Shown: positions 18,722 through 29,030, numbered from the stretch's first letter. The stretch is 64,000 nucleotides of DNA from an uncultured cyanobacterium (GCA_963697335.1 CAVONQ010000005.1:101338-165337), one strand, 5' to 3'. The notes: a model not told the origin generated them from the letters alone. Numbers and translations: made by a program.

Positions 18722-19749
18722 TGAAACGGCCCCTTTCAGCCTTCGGCCTGCTGCTGGCCGCGGTGATGGCCCTGCCGGCCACCCCTTCCCTCGCAGCGTT
18801 CACCCCAGCCCCCGAGAGCCAGGACATCAGTGAGCTGCTCGCCCGTAAAGGTGGGGGCGGCCGAGGGGGTGGCAGTCGAGGGAGAAGCAGCCGAGGAGGT
18901 GGTCGCTCCGGAGGCGGGCGCCGCTCTGGGGGAAGTCGCAGTGGAGGCGGGGGCAGCCGTAACCGCGCCCCAAGCCGAGGCAACACCGGCTTCAAGCACT
19001 CAGGTTCCAGCATGAACCGCGGCTCCAAGCAGCCCAGAAGTGGCTGGAGCAAGTCATCGAAGAGCAAGCGCGGCCCCTCCATGGACCGCTCCAACCGGAA
19101 CAGCGCCAAACGCAACAGCAACCGCAGTGGGAACAGAACCACCAACAGAAACACCAACCGCAACGTCAACCGCAATACATCTCGGAACACCAATCGGAAT
19201 GTGAACCGGAATGTGAACAGAAACGTCAACCGGAATGTCAACCGCAATGGCAATCGTGCCAGGGCTTACAACCGCGGTTACAACCGGGGCTACAACCGGG
19301 CCAACAACAATTGGCGGCGCTACAACAACAACTATCGCTACCGGGGCGGCTGGGCTCGGCCCGGCTGGGGCTATGCCCGCCCCTGGAACTACGGCTGGTA
19401 CGGCGGCTGGTCAAGCCCCAGTTGGGGTTGGTGGGGAGCCAGTGCGGCCGCCTGGGGGGTCACCACCCTGGCCACAGCCGCCATCATCAATTCGGCCGTG
19501 GACAACGCCGTGACCACGAAAACCGAGTACATCGTGGTGCCAAACACCGACTACGAGCTCTACTACGGCTCGATTCAGCCCACCAATGACGATGATGTGA
19601 CCTTCCTGGTGAAGGCTGACGACGGGGATTACCAGATCGAGGCCGATTGCAAGGCAGGCACCATCGACGGCCAGTCCCCCAGCAACGCCTCCGAAGCTGA
19701 GCTGCTCAATGCGGCCTGCCAGGTGGCCTTCGGCTCCGTGGAGGCCTGA
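18721..19749 (+). CDS. Secreted low-complexity protein with (NRNV)n repeats (module gene B2)
   Basis: Signal peptide, G/R/S tract, NRNx tetrads, W/G/Y tract, hydrophobic helix, C-terminal two-Cys domain; start overlaps the A2 stop. Confidence 0.8.
   Translation: MKRPLSAFGLLLAAVMALPATPSLAAFTPAPESQDISELLARKGGGGRGGGSRGRSSRGGGRSGGGRRSGGSRSGGGGSRNRAPSRGNTGFKHSGSSMNRGSKQPRSGWSKSSKSKRGPSMDRSNRNSAKRNSNRSGNRTTNRNTNRNVNRNTSRNTNRNVNRNVNRNVNRNVNRNGNRARAYNRGYNRGYNRANNNWRRYNNNYRYRGGWARPGWGYARPWNYGWYGGWSSPSWGWWGASAAAWGVTTLATAAIINSAVDNAVTTKTEYIVVPNTDYELYYGSIQPTNDDDVTFLVKADDGDYQIEADCKAGTIDGQSPSNASEAELLNAACQVAFGSVEA
19093..19300 (+). repeat. 12-bp coding tandem repeats (NRNV/NRNT then YNRG)
   Basis: Units such as aaccggaatgtg and aacagaaacgtc vary synonymously; tacaaccggggc-type units follow. 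Confidence 0.85.
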
Positions 19750-19841
19750 CGGCTGATGCGGCCGCAGGCACAGCTGGAATAGGCCATCGGCCCAGTCCCT
19801 CGGCTGGATGAGACAGTGGGAAACCACAAAATCGTCTGTGC

Positions 19842-20756
19842 GTGCAAGCCCCTTCCAGGACCAAGGTGCCCATCCCCTTTTGCCTGGCCGCCGGCCTCTG
19901 GGCCGCCACCACGCTGATGGGAGGTAGCTGGGCCAGGGCTGAGGAGACGCTCCCCGATCCCGAGACCCTGCCCGCTGAGGTTGAGGAGATGGCCGAGAGC
20001 CCTGAACCCGAAACGGTTCCCGACTGGTCGGGCACCGTGGAGCTCTACGGCTTTGCTCCCTTGAGGACGACGGGCACCACCACCATTAAGGGGTTCGAGA
20101 CCGATGTGGACCTCGACCTTGGCGACGTCCTCTCCGCCCTGGACTGGGCCACCTTCGTGCGGGGAAGCGTGGAGCGGGGCCGCTGGGGCCTGCTCACGGA
20201 TCTGAGCTACGTGAAGCTGGGCGCCGTCAACGGCAGAACCACCCCAAGGGGCCTCATCAGTGGCAAGACAGACATCATCTCCACCCAGGGGATCTACGAC
20301 TTCGCCGTGCGTTACCGCCTCGGTGACCCCGAAGCGGCGGTGGCCAAACCCGGCAGCTACAGCCTGATTCCCTACATGGGGGTGCGGGTGATCGATGTGG
20401 GCCTCGATGTGCGGGCCCAACTGCAGGGCAACGGGCCTCGGCAGATCGAGCTGGGCGCCGAGCGGTCATTTGATCGCACCTGGGCCCAGCCCCTGGCAGG
20501 CATCCAGGGCACCTATTTCCTCTCACCCAAGCTGCGGGCCTTTGCCCGGGCCGATATCGGCGGCTTCGATTTCAGCGGCGCCAAGAACGTTTCCGGCAAT
20601 GCCCAGATTGGCCTGGGCTATGCGGTGGGGAACAACACCGATCTCACCCTGTCGTGGCGCTATCTGGGGCTGCAATACGGCAATGGCAACACCCCTGCCA
20701 GTGGGTTCACCAGCTACCAGAACGGCATCGAGGCTGGCGTGAAGTTCTTCTTCTGA
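19842..20756 (+). CDS. Outer-membrane beta-barrel protein
   Basis: Signal peptide, acidic linker, amphipathic strands (RADIGGF, GLGY, WRYL), C-terminal GVKFFF. Confidence 0.75.
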   Translation: MQAPSRTKVPIPFCLAAGLWAATTLMGGSWARAEETLPDPETLPAEVEEMAESPEPETVPDWSGTVELYGFAPLRTTGTTTIKGFETDVDLDLGDVLSALDWATFVRGSVERGRWGLLTDLSYVKLGAVNGRTTPRGLISGKTDIISTQGIYDFAVRYRLGDPEAAVAKPGSYSLIPYMGVRVIDVGLDVRAQLQGNGPRQIELGAERSFDRTWAQPLAGIQGTYFLSPKLRAFARADIGGFDFSGAKNVSGNAQIGLGYAVGNNTDLTLSWRYLGLQYGNGNTPASGFTSYQNGIEAGVKFFF

Positions 20757-20776
20757 CTTCGATCCTCTGACTCAGA

Positions 20777-21667
20777 TCAGCCGACTCCGGCCATCTCCCG
20801 TTTCTGCCAACTGAGAAACAGGGTGGACACGACCACCGTGATCAGCACATAGGACAGGATGGCCGGAATCACTTCAGGCAGCACCGTTGGCGGCGCATAG
20901 GTGAAGGCCAACTCCGCCGCCAGGCCCGTGTTGCGCATGCCGATCACCAGGGCAACCGTGCGGCGCTCCAGAGGATCCCGACCCGCCAGGCCATAGCCGA
21001 TCGTCAGGCAGAGCACGCTGAGGCCGGCCATGGCCGCCAGGCCCACCAGGTTCTGTCGCAGGAACGGCAGGAGCTGGCGGGCGCTCAGCGCCAGCAGGGC
21101 GATCAGCACCAACGCCAGCATCAGAGTGGCCAGCTTGCCGAGCACCACACTGCAGCGCTGGGCCAGGCGGGGCCGCCACTGGGACAGCAGCACACCGGCG
21201 ACCACAGGCAGCACCTGCACCTTCAGCACCTGAACAGCCACGGCGATCGGCCTCACCTCCCAGCCACTCACTTGCCAGCCACTCAGGCCCGCACTGGCCT
21301 TGAACAGGATGGCCAGCAGGGGAATGGACAGGATGGCCAGCAGCGCCGCTGAAATCTGCAGCCGTGCCGCCAGCTCAGCGGTACCGCCACTGCCGCGCAC
21401 CCGGAACAGGATGAGCGGGGCGCTGGGGCAGGCCAGCATCAGGGCCATGGCCACCCAGGCCGGCAGTGAGAAAAGTCCGTGCAAGGGCAGCAGTACCAGC
21501 GCCAAGCCGGCCAGGGGCACCAGCAGGCAGGTGCCGAGCACCACCCGCCAGAGGAAGCCGGGTCGATCCCTGAGCAGCACGAAGGGGTAGTCCTTCAGTC
21601 CCAGGCCCAGGCTGAACATGAGCGTCACGATCGTGGCCGTGACCAGCAGCGCTGCAGATTGGTGCAT
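20777..21667 (-). CDS. Bile acid:sodium symporter family transporter
   Basis: MFSLGL, CPSAP, MRNTGLA; about nine TM helices. Confidence 0.8.
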   Translation of the reverse strand: MHQSAALLVTATIVTLMFSLGLGLKDYPFVLLRDRPGFLWRVVLGTCLLVPLAGLALVLLPLHGLFSLPAWVAMALMLACPSAPLILFRVRGSGGTAELAARLQISAALLAILSIPLLAILFKASAGLSGWQVSGWEVRPIAVAVQVLKVQVLPVVAGVLLSQWRPRLAQRCSVVLGKLATLMLALVLIALLALSARQLLPFLRQNLVGLAAMAGLSVLCLTIGYGLAGRDPLERRTVALVIGMRNTGLAAELAFTYAPPTVLPEVIPAILSYVLITVVVSTLFLSWQKREMAGVG

Positions 21668-21672
21668 GGGTG

Positions 21673-22059
21673 TCAGCCGAGTGAGGTACCGCTCACCAGC
21701 AAGGCGAAGGCTGCGATGCCGATGATGGTGAGGGCAATGGCGGTGAAGACCGTGATCGAGTGCTGATCCACGTAGACGAAGTCATCGCGGCGGATCAGCT
21801 TGAGCATGCGCAGGTGCTGCCGGGTGGCCGCGGCCATCGCCAGGATGCCGACGAGCACAAAGCCCATCGCCACCAACCGCACGCTCATGCCGGCATGGCC
21901 ACTGCCTTCGAAACGGCTTCTGTTGATGGCGCCGATGATCTTGTCCAGGCCGAAACCAAAGCTGATCAGCGACAGGCAGGTGCGGATCCAGGCCATCATC
22001 GTGCGCTCGGCGGCGGCCCGATTGCGCTCCTTGGCCAGTTCGTTGGTGAGGTTGGCCAT
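21673..22059 (-). CDS. DUF202/YidH family membrane protein
   Basis: AAERTMMAWIRTCLSLISFGF. Confidence 0.85.
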   Translation of the reverse strand: MANLTNELAKERNRAAAERTMMAWIRTCLSLISFGFGLDKIIGAINRSRFEGSGHAGMSVRLVAMGFVLVGILAMAAATRQHLRMLKLIRRDDFVYVDQHSITVFTAIALTIIGIAAFALLVSGTSLG

Positions 22060-22439
22060 CAGCGGGCCTCGGCGATGGTTGGCCTGTGCTCGTCCTCAAA
22101 CTTCTGCTCGGCCTCCACTTCCCTGGCCAGGAAGACATTCAGGAAGGTTCGAATCACGGCCACCGCCCCGAGCTGGATCAGGTTCTGGGGGGAGGGTGCC
22201 GTGGTGGTCGCCACGATGTCGGCGGCGAGTTGAAACTCCAGCGCCAGCGACAGCCAGCTGCCGAAGGAGAGCCGGATGCTGTTGAAGCGCAACGACCCGA
22301 CCCTGCGCCGCAGCCGCAGCGACTGGCGCAGGATCACCAGCAGGCCGATCGCCACGCAGACCACGGAGGTGAACTCCAGCACCAGGCGCAGGGAGCCCGC
22401 ACCCACCTCCAGCCAGGTCTCCAGGGGAATCACTGCCAT
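22059..22439 (-). CDS. DUF1622 family membrane protein
   Basis: LSLALEFQLAADIVATT and IRTFLNVFL. Confidence 0.85.
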   Translation of the reverse strand: MAVIPLETWLEVGAGSLRLVLEFTSVVCVAIGLLVILRQSLRLRRRVGSLRFNSIRLSFGSWLSLALEFQLAADIVATTTAPSPQNLIQLGAVAVIRTFLNVFLAREVEAEQKFEDEHRPTIAEAR

Positions 22440-22442
22440 GGC

Positions 22443-23423
22443 TCAGACCCTCACCACACAGCGGAAGCCCATATGGCAGGTGGAGGTGTCGATGCCCTGG
22501 GCCAGTCGCGCCGGGGCACGATAGCGGCGGCAGTAGCTGGGAGCACAGAGGAACGAGCCTCCCTTCACCACCTTGCGGGGCATGGTGCCGTGCTGGGAGG
22601 TGGGGTCAATGCTGGCCTCCCTGGCGGCACTGGCACAGCAGCCACCCTCATCCACCGCGCCGTGCTGCTGGTACCAGCTGTCGGTCCATTCCCAGACATT
22701 GCCGATCATGTCCACCAGGCCGTAGCCGTTGGCGGCAAAGGCCCCCACCGGAGAGGTGCGCTCGTAGCCATCCAGGCGGCTGTTGTGATGCGGGAAGTCC
22801 CCCTGGAACGTGTTCGCCATCGGGACCCCGCCGGGATGGAGCGCCTCGCCCCACACGAACTCCGTACCGCCCTGGCCTCCCCAGGCGGCGAACTCCCACT
22901 CGGCCTCCGTGGGGAGCTGCTTGCCGGCCCAGGCGGCGTAGGCCAGGGCGTCCTCGTGGGCGATGTGCACCACGGGGTGATGGTCACGGGCCTTGATCGA
23001 GGAGCCCGGCCCCTCCGGGTGCCGCCAGTTGGCCCCCGGGATGTAGTGCCACCAGCGGTAGGGATCACCCCGACCCACGGGGCCCGGTGGCGCCACGAAC
23101 ACGATCGAGGCGGGCTGGAGCCTCTCCGGCAGAGCATCGGGGTAATCGGCCGGGTCCGCGGCCCGCTCCGCCAGGGTCAGGTGGCCGGTGGCCTTGACGA
23201 ACCTGCGGAACTGGGCATTGGTGACCGGGGCACGGTCGATCCAGAAGCCCTCCACCTGGCGGCGACGGGCCGGCGCCTCCTCCGGGTAGTGGTGGTCGGA
23301 GCCCATCGTGAAATTGCCGCCCGGGATCCACACCATCTCCCGGGCGGGCGGACGCCCGGGGGATGGGCGTCCTCCGGGTGCCGGCCCAAGCCGAGGGGCG
23401 GTGCGATCGGAACTCAGGGCCAT
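22443..23423 (-). CDS. Formylglycine-generating enzyme (sulfatase-modifying factor)
   Basis: F.MGS, HPVVH, LPTEAEWE, GNVWEW, GGSFLCAPSYCRRYR, GFRCV. Confidence 0.9.
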   Translation of the reverse strand: MALSSDRTAPRLGPAPGGRPSPGRPPAREMVWIPGGNFTMGSDHHYPEEAPARRRQVEGFWIDRAPVTNAQFRRFVKATGHLTLAERAADPADYPDALPERLQPASIVFVAPPGPVGRGDPYRWWHYIPGANWRHPEGPGSSIKARDHHPVVHIAHEDALAYAAWAGKQLPTEAEWEFAAWGGQGGTEFVWGEALHPGGVPMANTFQGDFPHHNSRLDGYERTSPVGAFAANGYGLVDMIGNVWEWTDSWYQQHGAVDEGGCCASAAREASIDPTSQHGTMPRKVVKGGSFLCAPSYCRRYRAPARLAQGIDTSTCHMGFRCVVRV

Positions 23424-23504
23424 GCCGCCAGCGGGGATTGACCGCAGTGTGATGACGCGGTTCAGGCCCCGCAACGGCGGGGGTGGGCCAATGTCACCGG
23501 ATTT

Positions 23505-23675
23505 CGGGGGGCTCGACAGCTTGATCAGAGCGGGGTGCGCCTCAAGCTCTGGATCAAGACACAGCCGCTCAAGCAGTGGGCCGTGGCACGGGAATACCGC
23601 CGGCGGCTCAAACAGGCCCTCGATGGGGCCGGCATCGAACCCGGCATCCCGCAGCGGCTCTCACGACAGGCCTGA
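23505..23675 (+). pseudogene. MscS C-terminal remnant
   Basis: Translates SGVRLKLWIKTQPLKQWAVAREYRRRLKQALDGAGIEPG, similar to the C-terminus of the 55800-57755 protein; no 5' part. Confidence 0.75.
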
Positions 23676-23846
23676 GCGATTCGGCGAGGCCTGAACGATC
23701 CCCAGGACTTGGGGGCCCAAGGCACCAGCGTCACGAATCTGCAGCTTGACGGCAGCCAACCACTGACAGGCGCCACGTCCATTCCCACCCTGGAGAGACG
23801 ACAACCAGAGCCCGCAGGGCCCCTCCCCACGACCGGTCTGCCTTTC

Positions 23847-25529
23847 ATGCGCCTGCGTACTCGTTTCCGGCGGCCGGCCTGGATCGGGAGGATGGTTCTC
23901 CTGTGGACAGCCTTGGCCGTGGCGCTCCTGGTGGGCCTGGCCCCACCCGCCCGGAGCTTCCTGGTGCTGGATCAGAAGCAGGTGCCCGAAGGCTGCGCAG
24001 CCGACCCGGCCCCCATCCGCCTCGATGGCCGGAAGGTGCTGGAGGTGCGCAGCACCGCCGGCGCCGAGAGCATCACCACGGTGGCCGAGCGGGGCAGCAA
24101 GACCCTGCTGCAGCTGGCCCAGAACCTCACGATCGCCCCCGGCGACATCGGGGTGAACCATCTGGACAGCGAGAGCTTCATCGTGCTGCAGCAACCTGGA
24201 GAGCCGGTGCGCCGGCTGGGGGTGATGAACCAGCGCATCGCCCGCTGCTACGGCATGGACCCGCAGCGGCTGGCCGAACTCAGCCGCGACCAGATCCGCG
24301 CTGCGATGGTGCGCTATCGCGAGGCCCATTCCCTGCAGTCGTGGCTGCGGGGCAGTGCCCTGGCCGCTCTGCTGCTGGCGGTGTATGTGGCGTGGCTGCG
24401 CCTGCAGTTCCGCCTCAACGGGCGGATCCGCGATCTGATCGCCAGCCGCGAACGCTTCCTGCTGCAGCAGCTGGCGCGTTTCGGCCTCTCCGCCCTGCTG
24501 GAACCCGCGCAGGTGCGGCGCCTGCTGCAGGGCCTGCGCAGCACCGTTCACTGGGCTGCGCTGCTGCTGATCAGCTATCTGCTGGTGCCGCTACTGCTGG
24601 GCTTCTTCCCCCCCACCCAGGGCATCGCCAGCGGCCTGCGCCAGCAACTGCGGAGTGTGACCCTGGGGCTGCTCAACGGGGTGGTGGCCGCCATCCCCAA
24701 CCTGCTCTCGATCGCGGTGATCATCGGCCTCGGGGTGCTGGTGGTACGGGCCAGTAACGGCGTGTTCGAGGCCCTGCGCCTCGGCCGCCTGCGCATCCCG
24801 GGCTTCTACCGGGAATGGGCGCGGCCCACCTCGCGGCTGGTGGCCCTGCTGATCGCCGTGGCCACCCTGGTGATCGCCTTCCCCTACATCCCCGGATCCG
24901 GCAGCAGGGCCTTCCAGGGGGCCGGCCTGTTCGTGGGGGTGTTTGCGGCGCTGGGCTCCAGCGCCGTGGCCGCCAACATCATCAGCGGCCTGATGCTGAT
25001 CTACACGCGGGCGTTCCGGGAAGGCGATTTCGTGGAACTCAATGGCGTGCTCGGCACGGTGCAGGACCGCACCCTGCTGGTGACGCGGGTGCAGACGCCC
25101 CACAACCAGCTGGTGAGCATTCCCAATGCCACGGTGATCAGCAACGCCGTGGCGAACTACAGCTTCTCCCGCCGGGAGATCCGCCAGCCGGTGGCACTGG
25201 CCTGCACGATCACGATCGGCTACGACGTTCCCTGGCGCCAGGTGGAAGCGCTGATGCTGGCTGCCGCCCGCAGCGTGGAGGGGGTGACCGATGAGATGGA
25301 GCCCTTCGTGCTGCAGACGGCCCTGAACGACTTCCACATCAGCTATGAGCTCACCGCCTACCTGCGGGATGCCAACACCTACCGGCTGAGCCTCTCGCAG
25401 CTGCATGCGGCCCTGCAGGACAAGTTCGCGGAAGCCGATGTGGAGATTCTCTCGCCGGGATACCACGCCGTGCGCAACGGTAATCCCAGCACGGTGCCGA
25501 AGACCGCTTCGGTATCTCCGGAGGCCTGA
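23847..25529 (+). CDS. Mechanosensitive channel MscS family with periplasmic N-domain
   Basis: NIISGL, F..GD.VE, IPNA, ITIGYD, YEL, EILSP. Confidence 0.85.
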   Translation: MRLRTRFRRPAWIGRMVLLWTALAVALLVGLAPPARSFLVLDQKQVPEGCAADPAPIRLDGRKVLEVRSTAGAESITTVAERGSKTLLQLAQNLTIAPGDIGVNHLDSESFIVLQQPGEPVRRLGVMNQRIARCYGMDPQRLAELSRDQIRAAMVRYREAHSLQSWLRGSALAALLLAVYVAWLRLQFRLNGRIRDLIASRERFLLQQLARFGLSALLEPAQVRRLLQGLRSTVHWAALLLISYLLVPLLLGFFPPTQGIASGLRQQLRSVTLGLLNGVVAAIPNLLSIAVIIGLGVLVVRASNGVFEALRLGRLRIPGFYREWARPTSRLVALLIAVATLVIAFPYIPGSGSRAFQGAGLFVGVFAALGSSAVAANIISGLMLIYTRAFREGDFVELNGVLGTVQDRTLLVTRVQTPHNQLVSIPNATVISNAVANYSFSRREIRQPVALACTITIGYDVPWRQVEALMLAAARSVEGVTDEMEPFVLQTALNDFHISYELTAYLRDANTYRLSLSQLHAALQDKFAEADVEILSPGYHAVRNGNPSTVPKTASVSPEA

Positions 25530-25619
25530 GCATCCATCCACTCCGCGCCAGGTCCAGCAATCGTCTGCCACGGGGACTGCGGTTGCACCACGACGGGACC
25601 CTGAAGGCGCCTCAGGCCA

Positions 25620-26153
25620 CACTTAAGGCGACTGGAATGAGTCGGATCGTTAGCGGAGAGACCATGGAGTTTATCGGTGCGATCGCATTGGAGGTTGTTA
25701 TTATTTCGGCCATTGCCACTATGTCACTAGTGTCCATCGAGCGCAATCTTGAACCGTTTGCATCACTAGCACTTATGGGCACGGCCTGGAACTTGACTGC
25801 CTTTTCGCTGCTGGCACCGCGACTCATGTCAGAGCCCTGGTTTGAGCGAGGCATTGGCGATGTACGGCCAATCGATGGGGATGACAGCGACCGGTCTGCT
25901 GCTGATGAGCTCAGCCGACCCGGCTAATCGATCGCAGGCATTCGAGCGATTTGGTTACAAGCAATTATTGTGTGATCCTGTCGTTGGCGGTGGCTTGTTT
26001 ACCGCGGCGTCTATGATCCTGATCGCGAACTACGGATTAGGCGCTATCTTTGTGTTGACGCTCACCTTGACTTTGCTCTGGATCATACTGGGCTTGGTCT
26101 GTTTTAGCTCCCATCGGCGCCATAGAGGTGCGCGCAGGAGGGGACACCAATAA
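25620..26153 (+). pseudogene. Sodium:glutamate symporter (GltS-like) 3' fragment, frameshifted
   Basis: WFERGIGD / YGQSMGMTATGLLL..ADP...FGYKQL across a frame change near 25861; 5' part absent; lower GC. Confidence 0.7.
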
Positions 26154-26279
26154 GACAATATTGCGGGAGGGGAATGGATGACGCGATTTCCAAACCATGG
26201 ATGATGCAAAGAAGATTGCAAACCTGCTAACGCCTCGCTCCACCGGACTCGCTGCCGCTCGCTCAGCGAGCGAGGCGTA

Positions 26280-26742
26280 TGGGCGGTATCTGCTGAAACC
26301 TGCGCAAGAGCCTCTTTCACAAACGTGAGAGCCTTGGTAGGATATGTCGCAAGGATTGTCGGTTCATTTCGGAGCAGTCAATCTACAATTATCGTGACAT
26401 CCATGACCACCTAGTCAGGCTCATTGAGCCGACCGAGTCCTATCGGGCTATCGTTACCAGCCTGACGGAAAAGCGTCATTCGATGTTAAACAATGAAGAA
26501 CTGCCAATGATGCCAATATCACCGTGGAACCATTGACATTAATCACCACCATCTTCGTACCAGCGCTGCTTGCCGGCATCGGGGGGATATCCGAATGGTC
26601 GATGCTCACAGGCCCCAGGAACTGGAGGGTGTCCTATCCGGCCTTCATGCTCGTCACGAGCCTCATCGCGTTCGCCAGCTACGACGTCCTCAGCAGGTTG
26701 GACCGGAAGCGAACCGGCTCGAGGCGAGGCAGGCTTCTTTGA
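26280..26742 (+). pseudogene. CorA-family Mg transporter 3' remnant
   Basis: Pieces LRKSLFHKRE..RICRKDC, YRDIHDHLVRL...ESYR, LTLITTIF.P..LAGIGG.SEW, with frame breaks. Confidence 0.65.
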
Positions 26743-26743
26743 C

Positions 26744-28597
26744 ATGGGCACCTTGACACCTCCCCCGGCGCCCCACTCCCCCGCCGGCAGCCCACGACTC
26801 CAGCGACGTCAGCCCCCCACCGGCTGGAGGCGTTGGCTGCCCGGTCTGGCCGTTATCGGCCACTACAACATCGCCTGGCTTTCTCATGACATCGTGGCCG
26901 GCCTGGCGCTGACGGCAGTGCTGCTGCCAGTCGGCATTGCCTACGCGGTTGCTTCCGGTGTTCCGGCCATCTGTGGCCTGTACGCGACCATCTTCGGCTT
27001 ATTCGCCTATGCCCTGTTCGGCCCCAGCCGAATGATGGTTTTAGGACCGGACTCTTCACTCGTCGCCCTCATCCTCGGCATCGTGCTGCCGCTGTCTGCG
27101 GGTGATTCCCAGCGCGCCATGGCCCTAGCCGGGATGCTGGCCCTTGTCTCCGGCAGCCTGTGCGTTCTTGCGGGAACCGCTCGCCTGGGCTTCATCACCG
27201 AATTGCTCTCCAAGCCGATCCGCTACGGCTACATGAACGGCATCGCTCTGACCGTGCTGGTCAGCCAGCTGCCTGCCCTGTTCGGTTTCACGGTCAAGGG
27301 TGACGGACTGCTGATCGAAGCCCGGTCCTTTGTTGCAGCGGTACTGGCCGGAAGCACGAACGGGGCATCGCTGGCACTTGGCGTCGGTACCTTGCTGATG
27401 ATCTGGCTCCTTAGGCGCAGCAGGCGCTTCCCGGGGGTTCTGCTGGCTGTCGTTGCCGCGACCGTCATCGTCTCAGTGCTTAGCCTGCCGACCCGATTCG
27501 GGGTGACGGTGCTCGGTCCTCTTCCCAGAGGGTTGCCCGCTTTGTCGATCCCCGCCATCAGCATGGGCGATCTCGTGCCGGTGTTTTTCGGAGGCTGCGC
27601 CATCGCCCTCGTGTCGTTCGCTGACACGAGCGTTCTTTCGAGAACCTATGCCGCGCGACTGGGGGACACGATCGATGCCAGTCAGGAGATGGTTGGATTG
27701 GGCGCGGCCAACCTGGTGGTCGGTTTGTTTCAGGGCCTCCCCATCAGTGCAAGCACATCGCGCACTCCGGTTGCCGAGGCGGCAGGCGCAAAGACCCAGT
27801 TGACCGGGGTCGTCGGTGCGGTCACGGTCGCCGCGTTGCTCCTGGCGGCACCGACCCTTTTGCGAAACCTGCCAACAGCCGCGCTTGCAGGGGTGGTGAT
27901 TGCTTCAGCGATCACCTTGATCGAGGTGGCTGAGCTTCGGCGCATCTATCGCATGCAGCGCTGGGAGTTCTGGCTGTCGATGGTCTGCCTGGCCGGGGTC
28001 GCCGTCCTCGGTGCCATTCCTGGTATCGGGCTGGCGATTGTCATTGCCGTGATTGAGTTTCTCTGGGATGGTTGGCGTCCCCACTCCGCTGTCCTGGGTC
28101 GGGTCGAGGGTGTCAAGGGATATCACGACATCGGCCGGTACCCCGAGTCACGCCTGATCCCGGGCCTGGTCCTGTTCAGGTGGGATGCGCCCCTGTTTTT
28201 CGCGAATGCCGAATTCTTCCGGGATCGGGTGATGACGGCCCTGGAGTCATCACCAACTCTGGTGAGCTGGCTCGTCGTGGAGGCTGAGCCCGTCACCAGC
28301 ATCGATGTCACCTCAGCAGACACGCTGGATGAACTGGATCACACCTTGGCGAGGGCCGGAATCATGCTCGGCTTCGCCGAGATGAAGGATCCCGTTAAAG
28401 ACAAGCTCAAGCGCTTCGGGCTGTTCTCACAATTTGGAGAAGAACGGTTTTTTGCCACGGTTGGGGAGGCCGTCAGCTGTTATCTCAAAGCCCACTCCGT
28501 TGATTGGGTTGACTGGGAGGATCAAGCCAAAGCCATCGCTGATGCTTCCTGCGACCAAGGGACATCCGATGGCGGCTTCAGGCGAGACGGCGGTTGA
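26744..28597 (+). CDS. SulP family anion transporter with STAS domain
   Basis: DIVAGL, GLYA, S.SRT, LFFANA, IDVTS. Confidence 0.9.
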   Translation: MGTLTPPPAPHSPAGSPRLQRRQPPTGWRRWLPGLAVIGHYNIAWLSHDIVAGLALTAVLLPVGIAYAVASGVPAICGLYATIFGLFAYALFGPSRMMVLGPDSSLVALILGIVLPLSAGDSQRAMALAGMLALVSGSLCVLAGTARLGFITELLSKPIRYGYMNGIALTVLVSQLPALFGFTVKGDGLLIEARSFVAAVLAGSTNGASLALGVGTLLMIWLLRRSRRFPGVLLAVVAATVIVSVLSLPTRFGVTVLGPLPRGLPALSIPAISMGDLVPVFFGGCAIALVSFADTSVLSRTYAARLGDTIDASQEMVGLGAANLVVGLFQGLPISASTSRTPVAEAAGAKTQLTGVVGAVTVAALLLAAPTLLRNLPTAALAGVVIASAITLIEVAELRRIYRMQRWEFWLSMVCLAGVAVLGAIPGIGLAIVIAVIEFLWDGWRPHSAVLGRVEGVKGYHDIGRYPESRLIPGLVLFRWDAPLFFANAEFFRDRVMTALESSPTLVSWLVVEAEPVTSIDVTSADTLDELDHTLARAGIMLGFAEMKDPVKDKLKRFGLFSQFGEERFFATVGEAVSCYLKAHSVDWVDWEDQAKAIADASCDQGTSDGGFRRDGG

Positions 28598-28744
28598 GCA
28601 GGCCGGCCAGCAGCAACAGCCCGAGCCCCTGGCCGATGCCGGCACCGGCGTCCGGTAGCAGCCGACGCTCGGCCTGGAGGACAGGGCCGGTCCGGCCGGG
28701 CGCCGAAATTTGCTTGAACGGCCCACTTGAGCACAGCCCATAGG

Positions 28745-29030
28745 CGAGGCCACCGGCCATCACCATCAATGCCAGTCGCTCTGAAGACCATCCCCGGCGG
28801 CACCGTCCTCGAAATCGATCCCAGCATCGAAGGGGAGTATGCGGTCTGGGAGGTCCTAGGAGTTGTGGCCCATCGAGCAGCAGCCCGCCTGACACGGAAG
28901 AAGCCACAGCTGTTCTGATCTCTCCGGCTCTGTATCGACCTGGGCACAGAGAAAGGGCGCGCCGAGATTTACATCGACGCAGCCACCGGGAAGATCATCA
29001 GGCAGGAGCGTGCCGACGAAGCATCACCTC
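28745..29030 (+). pseudogene. Degraded PepSY-domain gene
   Basis: ALKTIPGGTVLEID....YAVWEV and EIYIDAATGKII separated by a stop. Confidence 0.5.

Noticed and set aside
19093..19300. Possible CRISPR-like array
   Set aside because: 12-bp in-frame coding units without spacers; no cas genes
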